NCBI GenBank assembly: GCA_027923505.1
Contig: BROI01000003.1
Span: 1,488,001 to 1,552,000, forward strand
Direction: 5' to 3'
Source of the DNA: Mayamaea pseudoterrestris
Taxonomy: Eukaryota
Length of the DNA: 64,000 nucleotides
Position 1 is the stretch's first letter. Each line of letters opens with the position of its first letter. Shown here piece after piece: positions 10,636 through 22,203 of the stretch. The notes under the pieces are model-generated. The model had not been told where the DNA came from. It saw only the letters and a program-made list of their open reading frames with translations, and did no database searches. A program made the translations under genes and the position numbers.

Positions 10636-11535
10636 ATGGAGACGGACAGCGATCTCTCAGGTCTCATTGCACGCAAGGATCACTTGAATGTGCTTCGCTA
10701 TATTCGCGTTCACCAACTGCGAGAGCCGCATCTAGTTTTGACGCATGGCCGGAAGCTCCTCGATTCCAAAAAGCTAGCCACGGACGACCTTACGCGACTG
10801 GCCGTCCTTGAACAAATCTGTCTTGCCGCATTGGACGCTGGAAATCCAGAAACAGCCGAGGACTGCCTTTTGCGCATTAAGGAGACTGGGGTTGCTAATG
10901 ATTCCATGCGTTTTCAACGACTCACGGCGCGCTGCCTTGAAGCGGCGGGCGATTTTGTTGGGGCGGAAATGGTTTACGACGAACTGCTGAAAGATAACCC
11001 AGCCAACCTGATAGCATTGAAGAGAAAGTACTGCATTCAAAAGGCACAACCGGTAAAGGAAGCAGAAACTATGGATGCACTGAACAATTACTTGCAGCAA
11101 AACTACTCGGACACTGCTGCTTGGTACGAAATGAGCCAACTTCGGCTCCAGCTTGGAGACTACGAGGGAGCTGCTTTTGCTTTGGAGGAAGTCATTCTAG
11201 GCGCTCCATCGGACGCAAAACTCCATCTTGAGCTCGCCGAGTGTTACGCGACGTTGGGCAAGCTGGAGAATTTGATTCTCGCGCGAAAACATTGCGCCCA
11301 AGCACTGGAACTGGATCCAAACATGCGGAGAGCACAGTTCAGCCTTGTAGTGATTGCCAATGCATATTTACTCGAATCAGCAAAGCACAAGAGCTCAGAG
11401 GAGCATGAAGATGCTGTTGCACACGAGCTAATCAAGTATGCAGCCAGTCGTCTGACGGATGCTTACGCTGGGACTGACATGTTTGCCGCTGTTCGGGATC
11501 TCATGGACCAATACATCACACAGTCTGATGAGTAA
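10636..11535 (+). CDS. EMC2: ER membrane protein complex subunit 2 (TPR protein)
   Basis: VLEQICLAALD, LNNYLQQNYSDTAAWYEMSQL, AAFALEEVILGAP and ARKHCAQALEL. Confidence 0.88.
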   Translation: METDSDLSGLIARKDHLNVLRYIRVHQLREPHLVLTHGRKLLDSKKLATDDLTRLAVLEQICLAALDAGNPETAEDCLLRIKETGVANDSMRFQRLTARCLEAAGDFVGAEMVYDELLKDNPANLIALKRKYCIQKAQPVKEAETMDALNNYLQQNYSDTAAWYEMSQLRLQLGDYEGAAFALEEVILGAPSDAKLHLELAECYATLGKLENLILARKHCAQALELDPNMRRAQFSLVVIANAYLLESAKHKSSEEHEDAVAHELIKYAASRLTDAYAGTDMFAAVRDLMDQYITQSDE

Positions 11536-11672
11536 CTTATTGATTTAAAATCCTGTTCAAGTTTATTACCAGTCTTTAAGGACTGAATTCGTGCACATGA
11601 TCTAGTCTTGCATCGATGCTCTCTGATAACACGAGAGCACAGACGGTTCGCTACATAGACTACCCAGCGTCA

Positions 11673-12556
11673 TCAAGCCGGATCAACATTCTCCTCTTTG
11701 GCAAGTCCAAGTGGCTTAAGCAACCAATTTAAGTCTTGTTTAGCACCAAGCGACACTGTGCCGACCGTACCAACGGCCAACATCGTCGTTCGAAGCCGAG
11801 CAAAGAATTTGGACGCTTCCGAAAATGGATTGTTGCCTACGAATATTCCCATTAGTTTGACAAAAATGTTTGTGCTTGACAAAGTGCTAGCGAGATCATC
11901 GAGTCGATAATAGACGGCCTCCGCATATAGCTCTTGCAATATCTTGTGGTCTTTTGGAAGAACCAGAGCAGTCTTGGCGGCATCATACGTTTTCTTCAGC
12001 TGATGTGTCGACGAGCACGAAGACTGCACACCGTCGGCTCTATTACGCAGGTACTGTAATATGAATCCCTGCAGAAAAAGCATATAAAAACACTTGTGTT
12101 AAACCCAAGTGGTTGCAGTAGCGAGTGTAGACTCTGTATAGAACTTTGAAAGCAGTCACCCACACCAAAGTGCATACGCGTGACGAGAATACTTACAAAG
12201 TGTTTGGAGTCCCTGTCGATAAAAATTGCTCCATCAAGCATAATCTCCTTGTTCAATTCCGCCCGAGCCACATGGTCCCCGAGTACGGCGCATCCGTTGA
12301 CGGTCGATCGCAGAGTGGTGAACTTCGTGCCGCCGACGGACAGATTAATGCATCCATCGCCGGTGCCATGTCTGGTTATCGTACCGAGGCTCAAAGAGTT
12401 CGTCCCTTTTACTAAAGAAGTGTCAGATGCTTCCGAGAATAGTCGTTTCTGCAAGGTTGGTCGGTAATTTTGACAGGGTCTACTCCATGTTCTTGGCTTG
12501 TGCATTCCTTGATGGAAAAACGATGATAAGTGACGAAAGCTCATCGTTGCAGTCAT
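11673..12556 (-). CDS. BTB/POZ (KCTD, potassium-channel tetramerisation-like) domain protein, 1 intron
   Basis: INLSVGGTKFTTLRST...IFIDRDSKHF / FILQYLRN...ELYAEAVYYRL. The N-terminus resembles a mitochondrial presequence. Confidence 0.8.
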
Positions 12557-12802
12557 GCTTTGGTATAGCGAGAGTTACAGTATGCTCCTTGTCAGGATTG
12601 TTGCCGACAATGCATCAATTGTCGGCCGGTAAAGTTTCATGACAGAAGCCATGCGCTATGCAGGATCGCGATGGATCTCGCACAAAGAAAATGAGTCACA
12701 GTACGATGCACATCAGTTAACTATCAATTACATATAATAATTATTGTTGACGCATAGTACATAATACATTTAGGCAAGAAACGTTCCCCATAGATCATCA
12801 AT

Positions 12803-13701
12803 TTACATTAGCAGCTCAACCTTGTTTTCCAGATACAAGTCACGAATCCGACTGTACCGTACAATCAAGACCGTGCCCTTTACATGCCAATCAGGTGGAG
12901 TGTTATCCGTTGCATTGTCAACAAGGACATCCTCCTTGCATCGCACGAAAATATAAGTCTCCAAATCTGGTTCATCAATCATTTCCGGCTCGTCGAGCTG
13001 CTTGAAAACCTCCTGCGGAAAGTGATCAAGAACCGTTTTACGCAAGTGCCGTTCCAGCATAGTGCCATACTCTTTCAAGTATGCTTTCTAAAAAGACAAA
13101 TTGCAGTGTGAGTCGTCACCATTAACAGTTCGCTCGAGCATGCAAGCAGCAGAGTCATACGAACCTCTAAGTCACTCAGTCGATCGAGATGCTCTCGCAT
13201 ATGCAGAGGATACTCCTCGAGTTTGCCAAGGCGCTGTTTCAGTAGTCCACTGAGCAAAAACTTGGCCCGCTCCGCATCAATCTTGAGGATTCTTGTCATG
13301 AGAGCATCCAAATGAACATTCTCCGAAGATCCTTGCGTTTGTAGTTCCTCCATTCTTTCTTCCTGCGTCTCGAGTGCTTCTAGCAAGGCCTGCACAGTGT
13401 CATTGTCGAATGGCAGAATTTCCGGCGAGCACAATTCCTGCGTCCACAGCGACTGCAATTTTGAGTAAATTGTGTCACCCTTGAGATCTGTAAAGCCTGT
13501 CACATCGCCCAAGTCTAGCCGCTCCTCGTCGGTGGCATCGGGTGTATCGTTGAGCTTTCGTCGTTCGGCTTCCACCAAGGCTGCGGGAAGCGTCAGTTGC
13601 TCTCGGTCTTCCTCATTCCAATCTTCGGCTTGCTCATCTGGTTGCTCGTCCTGTTGTTGAGGCTCCAAGACCTCGTCGAGAAGGTGGTGAAGATCCGCCA
13701 T
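12803..13701 (-). CDS. SLD5: GINS complex subunit SLD5 (GINS4), 1 intron
   Basis: WTQELCSPEILPF, DAERAKFLLSGLLKQRLGKLEEY, RLSDLE, MIDEPDLETYIF and IVRYSRIRDL...VELL. Confidence 0.9.
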
Positions 13702-14120
13702 GGTGAAAGCTTGACTGTGAAGCTGCAGCTTTGCTCGGCGAATTTGTGTTCGTGTCATTGGATGCCGTTTCCAGAGTCGGCGCATATCCTATTGCCTACT
13801 GTTTTGTCCACAGTGCTTTCGGATGGCTTGCTGGTCTTTTTCCGTCACGTCATCGCCACCATGTGCGACGTATTCTTCGAAAGTGATGGGTCGGTTGGTC
13901 TCCCGGCGCCATTACTACACGAAACTCCGGCAGCATCGCATATACTCTCACTACAGCAAAGACAATCCCGCATCTACCTAGCACCTGTTTCTCTTGTGAG
14001 GAAAGTTTCTACCTCGTTAAATCGGACGCCATTCTCGCGGCGATTCCAAGTCGGTTACGGAACACGCAACCCGAACACGTTCAACGCCGATAATTTGCTC
14101 CATTGGCCACTTACCTAACA

Positions 14121-15400
14121 ATGGAGTTTCTTTTATCGCATTCGACCAGCCGGATTCGAACGGTCATGACGAACTCATTGGTGCAGACTGTTGCTGTGGG
14201 AAGGCTTGGTCGAGGACGAAGTCGCTTGGCATCCAACGGAACCAAGGCCAAGAGTCTCATTACCAGCCACCAACAGCGCCGACCAAACAAGTCGGCCACA
14301 ATGAGCTCGTCGTTGAAACAACATTCGACGACAACATCAATGGATTTCACGCATTCCGCTCCGAGTCTGATCAGCAAGGCTGAGTGTGACAGTGCAGCCT
14401 ATCCTTCCATGACGAACCTCCGTGCTCTTTTTGTCGCGAGCGCCATTCCAATGGTTGGATTTGGAGCCATGGATAATATTGTAAGTATGATTGAAATACG
14501 AAACGCAGCTGAGTAGAATGGTTTTGCGACGTTTTGCGCGAGGACACGCGCGGTGCAGGTCTCGTGGCATGTACTTTGGAAGGCTAACACGCTTTTCCCG
14601 TTACACTAGGTGATGATCCAAGCCGGACAGTACATTGACAGCACTCTTGGTGTCTCGTTAGGACTAGCAACGATGGTTAGTACAACGATTATGCATTACA
14701 CAAGTGGACATACACTGCGACCGCGCTCATCTTGTTGCCAATTCATCCTCACTTGCCACAGACTGCTGCCGCCGCCGGTCAAGTTGTCTCTGACGTTTCT
14801 GGAGTCGTGTTTGGCGGAACACTGGAACGTGTTCTTAGTCGAATGGGTGCCATTCCCGCCCCTGACCTTACCAACGCCCAGCGCCAACTCTCCATTTGCC
14901 GAAATGTTTCAATGGCGGGTGCCGTTGTCGGCGTCATTATTGGATGTGCTCTCGGTGCATGCACGTTACTACTCGTCGATTTGGACGCTCGAAATCGTAT
15001 CGAACGAGCGCATCAGTTGAGAGAGATTGTCACGGATATGATATCCGATAAGGATCTGGGCGGTTTGTCTGCCGAGACGTCAACCATTTACCTGGCTGCA
15101 AAGGGGAAATTTACTCTGGACGAGGAAGGGACCGGCAACAAATTTAGAACATCCATGGAGTTTTTGGACGATGCGCAATGTGATTTTGTGAAGGAATGTG
15201 GCGCTCGAAGGGAAACGATTGTGTCGTCATCCGGAAATATTGTGTATGTGCCCGTTGCTGTTGACAATGACTTGATCGCAGTGGTTGAATTTCGCCACAA
15301 CCGGACAAATGACGCAACAACTTTTTCGGAGGAGGACATTTTACAGGCCAAAACGATCGCGAAGCATCTAGCCATCTTTATGACCCGCATCGCCGGGTAG
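14121..15400 (+). CDS. TMEM65-like mitochondrial membrane protein with a C-terminal GAF-like region (3 exons)
   Basis: ASAIPMVGFGAMDNI/MIQAGQYID...LATM/TAAAAGQVVSDVSG. The C-terminus reads YVPV...LIAVVEF...FSEEDI...IAKHLAIF. Confidence 0.8.
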
Positions 15401-15865
15401 CTCGTGTCTCATTGGAGGCGCGTGCACCGATTACATGGGTTTTGCTTTTTGATTCATTTGTAGCCAGCGTTTTTGCGATTTACGAGACGTTATTACATAT
15501 TATTTTTACCTCTTGAGCGTAACTGCACAACTTTTTTTAGACTCTATTGTAGATATCTTCTGAATTGGTTCGCTGCACGTAGAGTAGCTGTTAGTTAGTC
15601 GCAGCGTGACCATTATTTGAATATGTAACGAAGAACAGCGAATAATTTAGCTTACTTTGGCCGGCTTGTGCGCCAACCGTCTGTATGTATCAAACGAAAC
15701 ACACGGTTGCATCCCATCATCGACCAAACTTCATCATTCACGAGCACTTAGATAGTAGATTGTAAAGAGAGGTGCTTCGTAGTGTTTCGGCAAATTCCTG
15801 GTGTGACTCAAAAGACTGAGTGAACGGTTGAGACGTGATAGCAGCGAAGGAACGCGCGCGTCAAG

Positions 15866-18800
15866 ATGCGTGACGGCCCACCGACAATGGCAGCATCGGC
15901 GTCTTTTTCTACGAGCACGCTGCTGAAAGAAATTACCTGTCTGAGAGCTCAACTAAAGGAGCTTGAAGAGGATTCCAAGAGCACTGTTTCCAGTGCAGTT
16001 ACTTGTGATAACATGGTCGGCGGTGAGAGCGAAGCAATGATTCAACTGCGCAAGGACCTGTCACTCGTCGTTCACGAGAAGGCGAACCTGGAAAAAGAAT
16101 TCATGAACCAGATTGCATCCCTGGCGCGCGATAATCGAGCGATTGTCTCTGAGCTACAAGACAAGCTCATACGGGCCGAAGCGCGCAATGTGTCCATCGA
16201 AGGCCAGCTCGGCCAACAAGGAAAGGATGACGCAGACACTCATCGCTGGATGAAAATTTTGGAGGAGGAACGCGATCGACACCAGGACGAGTTAGAGCAA
16301 ATGAAAGTAACTCTTCAGTCATCCGATTTGGAAATAGCTGAGTGCCGACGCGAGCTTGACGACATGGCCGAGCAGCTGGAAGACGTACATGCTGAGAAGG
16401 ATGAGCTGTTGCGCGAAGTAACTGATGTTCGTCTACAATTTAGCGAAGAGCAACGCCGCACAGAAAGCCTCCGCGTCGAGCTGAAGGAATGCAACAACAC
16501 TATTAGCAAGCTGCGACAGGAGGTTGCCGAGAAGGACGAGTTAATTTTGGAGAAGGACAACGCGATTGCGACGAAAGATCAAGAAATGGGCGAAATGAAT
16601 GACAGCATCATTGACCTCGAAAGCCACAAGGAGATGCTCGTTGCCGAAGTCGGTGACCTCAAGCAGCAACTTGAGAAGATCAAGAATACAAAAAAGTCAA
16701 AGAGCCATCTGGACGAGGCACTTTCATCGTCAGAGAAAGAGACGCTCACGAACGGAGTTCAAATGCTTGAGGAGCGTCTGGCAAAGTTCCAGACAAAGCT
16801 CACAGACCGCGACGCAACTATTACAAAGCTTTCTGCTTGTCTCGATGAGGAGCGACTTTGCAATCAAAAACTCAAGGAAGAAATTAAGAAGGTCACTGAA
16901 GCAAGCAATGAACATGACAAAGTTTCGCCAGTCTCACCCTCAAAACCACCATCTGGACGCACGTCGCCTACCTGCATTGTCACGTCACCAGGTTGTAAGA
17001 GTCCCAGCGAAACCGAGACTGTTGGTCCTCGAACACCTGTTTCCACCATTGTTGCTTCCTTTGAGCGCCGCAACTCCAAAGACTCGCCCGATACTAGTTC
17101 TCCTAAATTCGATGATGAGCACGGGCAAGGTACCGAAACTATTCTTGACACAGGACCAGCTTCGTTGCAGCATCTCAACAGCCAACTCAACCAAGAAAAG
17201 GAGGCAAACCGAGCCATGCGTTTGCAGTTTTCACAGACAAAGGATGCACTGCAAAAGAAGCTGACAGCAAGCTTGACGGAAATCCAACGATTGCAAGTGC
17301 AACTCAACGAATCGCAGACGCTGCGACAGGCTGTGGTTGATGACTTGACGCAACAGCTTGCTCTTGAAAAGGAATCGGCCACTTTGCTACGCTCCGACTT
17401 ACAGCAGGCTTTGCGTCAAGTAGGTGACGCTGAGCAGGCTCTAAAAGAAGTCGAGCGGCTGAAGAGTCAACTGCAGGAGTGCGACGAGTTCCAGGTCTCA
17501 CAGGAGCAAAATGTCATGGAATTAGAAAAGGAACTTCTGGAAGAGAAGGAAAAGTCTCACGAACTTCATATAAAATTAGACGAAACCGAAGAACAATACT
17601 CAAAGTCCGTCACCGAAATGGGTAACCAGCTTTTCCGTGAACAAGAGCAAGTTCAGCTTCTTATGATCAAGGTCGAGGCTCAAGAGGCGGAGCATCGTAA
17701 AGAAGCAAAAGATATTGAAGATCGCCTTTCACGCGAGCGAGCTTTAGTCAGCAAATTACGCTCAGACTTGGATAACGCAGGACAGAGCAAATCGTCGCCC
17801 TCGAATATGGAGATGCAGTTGAAAGAAAGCCAGCGAGAAATTAACCAACTTCGATTTCAATTGGCGGCGTTGGAGAAATCGAATGAGGCAATCAAGACGG
17901 ACACGGCCGAAATTGCTAAACTGCGAATGAAGGCACACCAGGCTCATTCAGAGAAGCGTCAGCTGGAGAACAAAGTCACATTGCAGGAACAAGAAGTCGA
18001 TCGCCTTAAAAGTGAACTGTCCTACTGCCTTGTAAGCGGTTCCATGCAGGAAGAAAAGAAGGAAAGCCATGGTTGCGATGAAGGTGACGAGGTGAGCAGA
18101 TTGCGATCACAAGTGCATTCGCTGCAAGAGGAACTTAGCGCGGCCATGACAGAAATAGAGCGATTGCTTGACGAAGTTGAGTCATTGCGCAATGCGCTAC
18201 GAACGGAACCGCGCGTTTCTAGGACAAGCGAGCAAGCGCTTTCTCCGAAGTCACAGCGATCATACGAGGCGCAGATCAACAAACTGCAAGTTGAGCTGAC
18301 GAAGACTCAAGTCGCCAGAAATGAGTTGCAGACGGAATTGCACAAGAAGATTTCAGCACTTGAGGAAGAATTAGAGGCTCTTGAAGCAGAAGCCGAGGAC
18401 GAGCTCGAGGCGAAGGAGAAGGAAATGCAAGTGCTCGCAGACGATTTGGCAGGAAAGGACGCAAAAATTGCACAGCTCGAGGCACAGCAGAATCAGATGT
18501 GCAGTAGCATCAATGATGTGTCAACCAGCCGACAGGATGACATGGAGGAATTGCAGGCAGAACTGATAGCAATGACCTCCAGGACCACTGCCCAAGCGCG
18601 AGAGATACAGGCGCTAAAAACGAAAATTGAAGACACAGAGTCTCGAAAGGGTGAATATGAAAAGAAACTCAAGAGCCGCATCAACGAGCTGGAAGAAGAG
18701 ATTGCGGATGTCACTCGAAATGTCCGCTCACAAGACGTTGAGAATCTTCGTGGCGAGAATAACAAGCTGCGCGATGCCCTACGCGAGATCAAGCTTGAGC

Positions 18801-18964
18801 GAAACAACTTAAAGGATCGGCTGGATGCGCTAGCATCTGATAAGAGCAATTCCAAATCAGCGCAGGTTCTTCGTGATCGTAATATTGTTTTAAAGGAAGA
18901 GGTTGAGAAACTGACGAAGCGCCTCAAAAAGATGGAGGCCAGCATCACTCGCTTCGCGATTTAA
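15866..18964 (+). CDS. Long coiled-coil protein of unknown function
   Basis: 1032-aa uninterrupted ORF with E/K/L/Q heptads and a central SP/TP-rich linker. Confidence 0.85.
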   Translation: MRDGPPTMAASASFSTSTLLKEITCLRAQLKELEEDSKSTVSSAVTCDNMVGGESEAMIQLRKDLSLVVHEKANLEKEFMNQIASLARDNRAIVSELQDKLIRAEARNVSIEGQLGQQGKDDADTHRWMKILEEERDRHQDELEQMKVTLQSSDLEIAECRRELDDMAEQLEDVHAEKDELLREVTDVRLQFSEEQRRTESLRVELKECNNTISKLRQEVAEKDELILEKDNAIATKDQEMGEMNDSIIDLESHKEMLVAEVGDLKQQLEKIKNTKKSKSHLDEALSSSEKETLTNGVQMLEERLAKFQTKLTDRDATITKLSACLDEERLCNQKLKEEIKKVTEASNEHDKVSPVSPSKPPSGRTSPTCIVTSPGCKSPSETETVGPRTPVSTIVASFERRNSKDSPDTSSPKFDDEHGQGTETILDTGPASLQHLNSQLNQEKEANRAMRLQFSQTKDALQKKLTASLTEIQRLQVQLNESQTLRQAVVDDLTQQLALEKESATLLRSDLQQALRQVGDAEQALKEVERLKSQLQECDEFQVSQEQNVMELEKELLEEKEKSHELHIKLDETEEQYSKSVTEMGNQLFREQEQVQLLMIKVEAQEAEHRKEAKDIEDRLSRERALVSKLRSDLDNAGQSKSSPSNMEMQLKESQREINQLRFQLAALEKSNEAIKTDTAEIAKLRMKAHQAHSEKRQLENKVTLQEQEVDRLKSELSYCLVSGSMQEEKKESHGCDEGDEVSRLRSQVHSLQEELSAAMTEIERLLDEVESLRNALRTEPRVSRTSEQALSPKSQRSYEAQINKLQVELTKTQVARNELQTELHKKISALEEELEALEAEAEDELEAKEKEMQVLADDLAGKDAKIAQLEAQQNQMCSSINDVSTSRQDDMEELQAELIAMTSRTTAQAREIQALKTKIEDTESRKGEYEKKLKSRINELEEEIADVTRNVRSQDVENLRGENNKLRDALREIKLERNNLKDRLDALASDKSNSKSAQVLRDRNIVLKEEVEKLTKRLKKMEASITRFAI

Positions 18965-19221
18965 GTCATTAACTACAACCAGTAGAAGAAATATGTCCCT
19001 ACAGTCAATGTTAAAAGTATGGGCAACGTCGTAGAATTATCACTCTCATGGCCCGAGACGACTATGTAACGGGAGAAAAGGGTGCTACTGCGAAAGACAT
19101 CAATAGCTAGACAAGTCTTACCGGTAATCGTGCGACATCGAAGCTGCACCATCGCCGCGACGCGTTTCTTTCGACACCTTTTCAGAAGCAAACCTTTTCC
19201 TCAGCGCTGGCGACGTACGCT

Positions 19222-20250
19222 ATGAGTTGCGATGCCCGCCTCATACAAACACAACCTATTTCACATGCAATTGGAGGCGCGCTGGGATCTGCCGCAGCTT
19301 TGCTCGCATTCTATCCTTTGGAGCGAGCTCGCATAGAGTTGCAGTCACAGGCTGTACGAACACAAGATAGTAACGAAGAGGTTGAGGCGACGAAGTATTC
19401 GGTGAACGTTTTAGTCCCAACATATGCAGCTACTATTCAAACAACGAGCATAAAGACATCGCTTAGAGATTGTCTTTATCAGCTCTGGAAGCGAGACGAG
19501 CTCTATCGTGGAATGTCACCAATAGTCTGCACATTAACAATATCGAATTTTGTCTTTTTCTATGTTCACACCTTTATGAAGCAAGTTATCACAGCTTCAG
19601 CTTTGCGTCCGACCAAGCGGTCACTTCTAATGGCTTCGTGCTTGGCAGGAATACTGAACGTGTTTCTTACCAACCCTCTTTGGGTAGCAAATCTACGGAT
19701 AGTCAATAGCACTCCAACCAAAAACGAAGCTAGTCTTTGGGCACAAGTTCGAGAGATTGCACAAAACGAGGGCACATGTGCTTTGTGGCAAGGTACCTGG
19801 ACGTCCATGCTTCTTGTCAGCAATCCTGTCATTCAGTTCTATACGTACGAGCAACTGAAAAGTTGGCTATTAGCGAAACGACAACGGAGAAGGATTCAAG
19901 ATGAGATGACTCTTTCGCCTTTGGAGGCGTTCGTTGCGGGTGCCACATCCAAAATACTGGCAACGTTGTGCACCTACCCCTTACAACTGGCTCAGTCCAT
20001 TTTGAGGCTTCAACGACGTTCTGTCAATGGTACTCCGGCATGTACGGACGGACCTACGCATTGCCATTTGTACAAGAACACGTGGGACTGTCTCTGGAGG
20101 TTGTATATAAGCGGTGGATTGTCGAAATGGTTCGTTGGCATGAAGGCGAAACTTTTACAGACGACTTTAACGACGGCATTTACGTTTTTAACCTATGAGC
20201 AGATCTTGCATGCAGTCCACCAAGCACATGTGTGCCTAGGGAAACAGTAG
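19222..20250 (+). CDS. Mitochondrial carrier family protein, peroxisomal PMP34/SLC25A17-like
   Basis: Three carrier motifs (YPLERARIELQ, NPLWVANLR, YPLQLAQSILR). Also SNFVFFY and LVSNPVIQFYTYEQLK. Confidence 0.88.
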   Translation: MSCDARLIQTQPISHAIGGALGSAAALLAFYPLERARIELQSQAVRTQDSNEEVEATKYSVNVLVPTYAATIQTTSIKTSLRDCLYQLWKRDELYRGMSPIVCTLTISNFVFFYVHTFMKQVITASALRPTKRSLLMASCLAGILNVFLTNPLWVANLRIVNSTPTKNEASLWAQVREIAQNEGTCALWQGTWTSMLLVSNPVIQFYTYEQLKSWLLAKRQRRRIQDEMTLSPLEAFVAGATSKILATLCTYPLQLAQSILRLQRRSVNGTPACTDGPTHCHLYKNTWDCLWRLYISGGLSKWFVGMKAKLLQTTLTTAFTFLTYEQILHAVHQAHVCLGKQ

Positions 20251-20376
20251 CCTGAATGAGACTCGCAGTCAACGAACGAAGGTCGCTTATTGCTGCGACT
20301 CACTCGTCACGCCGATGTTTTGTGTGTGTCCTACAACGAACTGCGTCTATAGGTTTTAATTATTATACACGTTAAA

Positions 20377-21843
20377 TTAGATCCGCTGGCCGTCCTTCAT
20401 CTGATGTAGCAACCGCTTCAAGCCTCGAGGACTCGAGTGCATTGGCAGAATATCAATAATCTCACCACCTGTATGATCCGCCGGCGATAAAATAAGATTG
20501 GGATTAATGCGAAGAACACCCTTTTGCTTCTTACTGCAACTCGTAGCAACAGATTGCTCACTGTCTTGAGCAGCTCGCTTGGTGCCAGTGGGTGCCTGCT
20601 GGATACTTGGTGATGCAATAAGAATACTCTTTCGGGAGTCGGCTGTGACGACTCGGGATGTAGCTGGCGCATACTTTGATAGCTGCCCATCCGCTGATGA
20701 TACTCCTTTCGACTGGGCATTCGGACAAAGTGACAATGCAGAATGTCTAGAGCTCGACGCATCTCCAACTTCTCCAGATAGCTTTGCCCGAGCACTCTTG
20801 AATTTAGACGGATTCAGCCATACCGTGGAGTTTTTCGTTACTTTGTTGCCACTCTTATTACCATATTCACTTGAGATAACGATAAACTCCGGCGCGATGC
20901 GAGCGAGATCCTCAAGAGCATTAACAAGCTGTCTTTTGGTGACAGATTCTCCTCGATTGACCATTGTACTGCTTGAAACTGTCATAGTTCGCTTCAAAGA
21001 CTCGACCGCGTCTTGCAACGTCAAGATAAGACTAGATTGCATCGTTGCTTTGCGACCGGGAGACATAATCTTTTGGCGTTTGGTAAGAATGAAGCTCGAG
21101 TGCTGCCACAAACCGTTGGCCAGTTGGATAAGAAAGCTACGTCGTGTTCCATCGTCAGACTCAACTAGCTTAAATTCTTCCGTGCGCAAACGCTTGGCAG
21201 TAGCTCGGGCTTGGACTCGCTCATCGATGGTCATGCCTGGCCTGATGAGGTTTGTCGCCCGAGAATCAATTTGAAGAACGTTATCCAATGATGGACCTGT
21301 CGAGCCATTGTGCCCAGCCGTTTGCGCTTGAACTTCGCCTCGATGATCTTTTATTGCTTCAATAATGCTCAGCTTGCTTTCGCTAGATGCTGTAGATGCT
21401 CTACTACGCAAACAATGGCTCAGCTCATCATTCCGTTTTTGGCTCGTTCCAGCAAAGGTGCTCTCCAGAAACCAAGAAAGATTATTGTCGCGAAATATAT
21501 TACGGCCGTGGTATATCTTGTACAGCGAGGGTGAAAGGACTGCTAAGAATTCGAATAAAAGTCGTTCACTGGTGTCCAACTCTTCGTCATTTTCGCCGAC
21601 GAGTTCAAGCCTGGGACGTTCCACCTCAGCCTTTCGAAGCAGACTATAGAAGTCATCGAACGTCAGCCGCCCTTGAAGCGCTCGGTTAAGCTTGAGGCGC
21701 ATTTGGATTGCGGAGTCAACCTTTCTTAAATCATCATTGCTCATCAATAAGGTTGCGTCCAAAGCTGAAGCAGCGACTGACGGTTGCCGACGACAATCAT
21801 CTTCGGAGCTACTTTCAAGATGCAATCCATCCACTTTTGACAT
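20377..21843 (-). CDS. Hypothetical protein, possibly a CDT1-like licensing factor
   Basis: Long ORF with remote resemblance to the CDT1 winged-helix domains: KVDSAIQMRL...LTF, LSPSLY, IDERVQAR and LEDLARIAPEFI. Confidence 0.45.
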   Translation of the reverse strand: MSKVDGLHLESSSEDDCRRQPSVAASALDATLLMSNDDLRKVDSAIQMRLKLNRALQGRLTFDDFYSLLRKAEVERPRLELVGENDEELDTSERLLFEFLAVLSPSLYKIYHGRNIFRDNNLSWFLESTFAGTSQKRNDELSHCLRSRASTASSESKLSIIEAIKDHRGEVQAQTAGHNGSTGPSLDNVLQIDSRATNLIRPGMTIDERVQARATAKRLRTEEFKLVESDDGTRRSFLIQLANGLWQHSSFILTKRQKIMSPGRKATMQSSLILTLQDAVESLKRTMTVSSSTMVNRGESVTKRQLVNALEDLARIAPEFIVISSEYGNKSGNKVTKNSTVWLNPSKFKSARAKLSGEVGDASSSRHSALSLCPNAQSKGVSSADGQLSKYAPATSRVVTADSRKSILIASPSIQQAPTGTKRAAQDSEQSVATSCSKKQKGVLRINPNLILSPADHTGGEIIDILPMHSSPRGLKRLLHQMKDGQRI

Positions 21844-22203
21844 TCTTGACAAGTTAAGTGACACTTGTAAAGTCCAGTAGGCACCGCACTTGTTTCAAAC
21901 ACTTGTATAACCTACTATGAAAGAGGAGACGCAAGCACACAACAGATGATGAGTTCCACATGGTGGTTGATGGTGCGACCGTACGGTACGGCGCAGCAAT
22001 CGTAACACATTATTTATTATGCCCTCCGCGCCCGCCACGTTTGGCCGCGTGGCGTTCTACGATGGGTAGCTAATGTGACATTGCCAGATGATGCAAAGCT
22101 TTCAATCCGAGACATTATGAGTAATAATGCATAACGACGACAAGAGCGTTTATAAGAAGTATGCACTTTATAATTCTTCAATCAGATTTCTCGCACCTAA
22201 TCG

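Noticed and set aside
16599..21274. Long overlapping or antisense ORFs (e.g. 16599-17264, 20579-21274)
   Set aside because: These are shadow frames of real genes, with no recognisable motifs.
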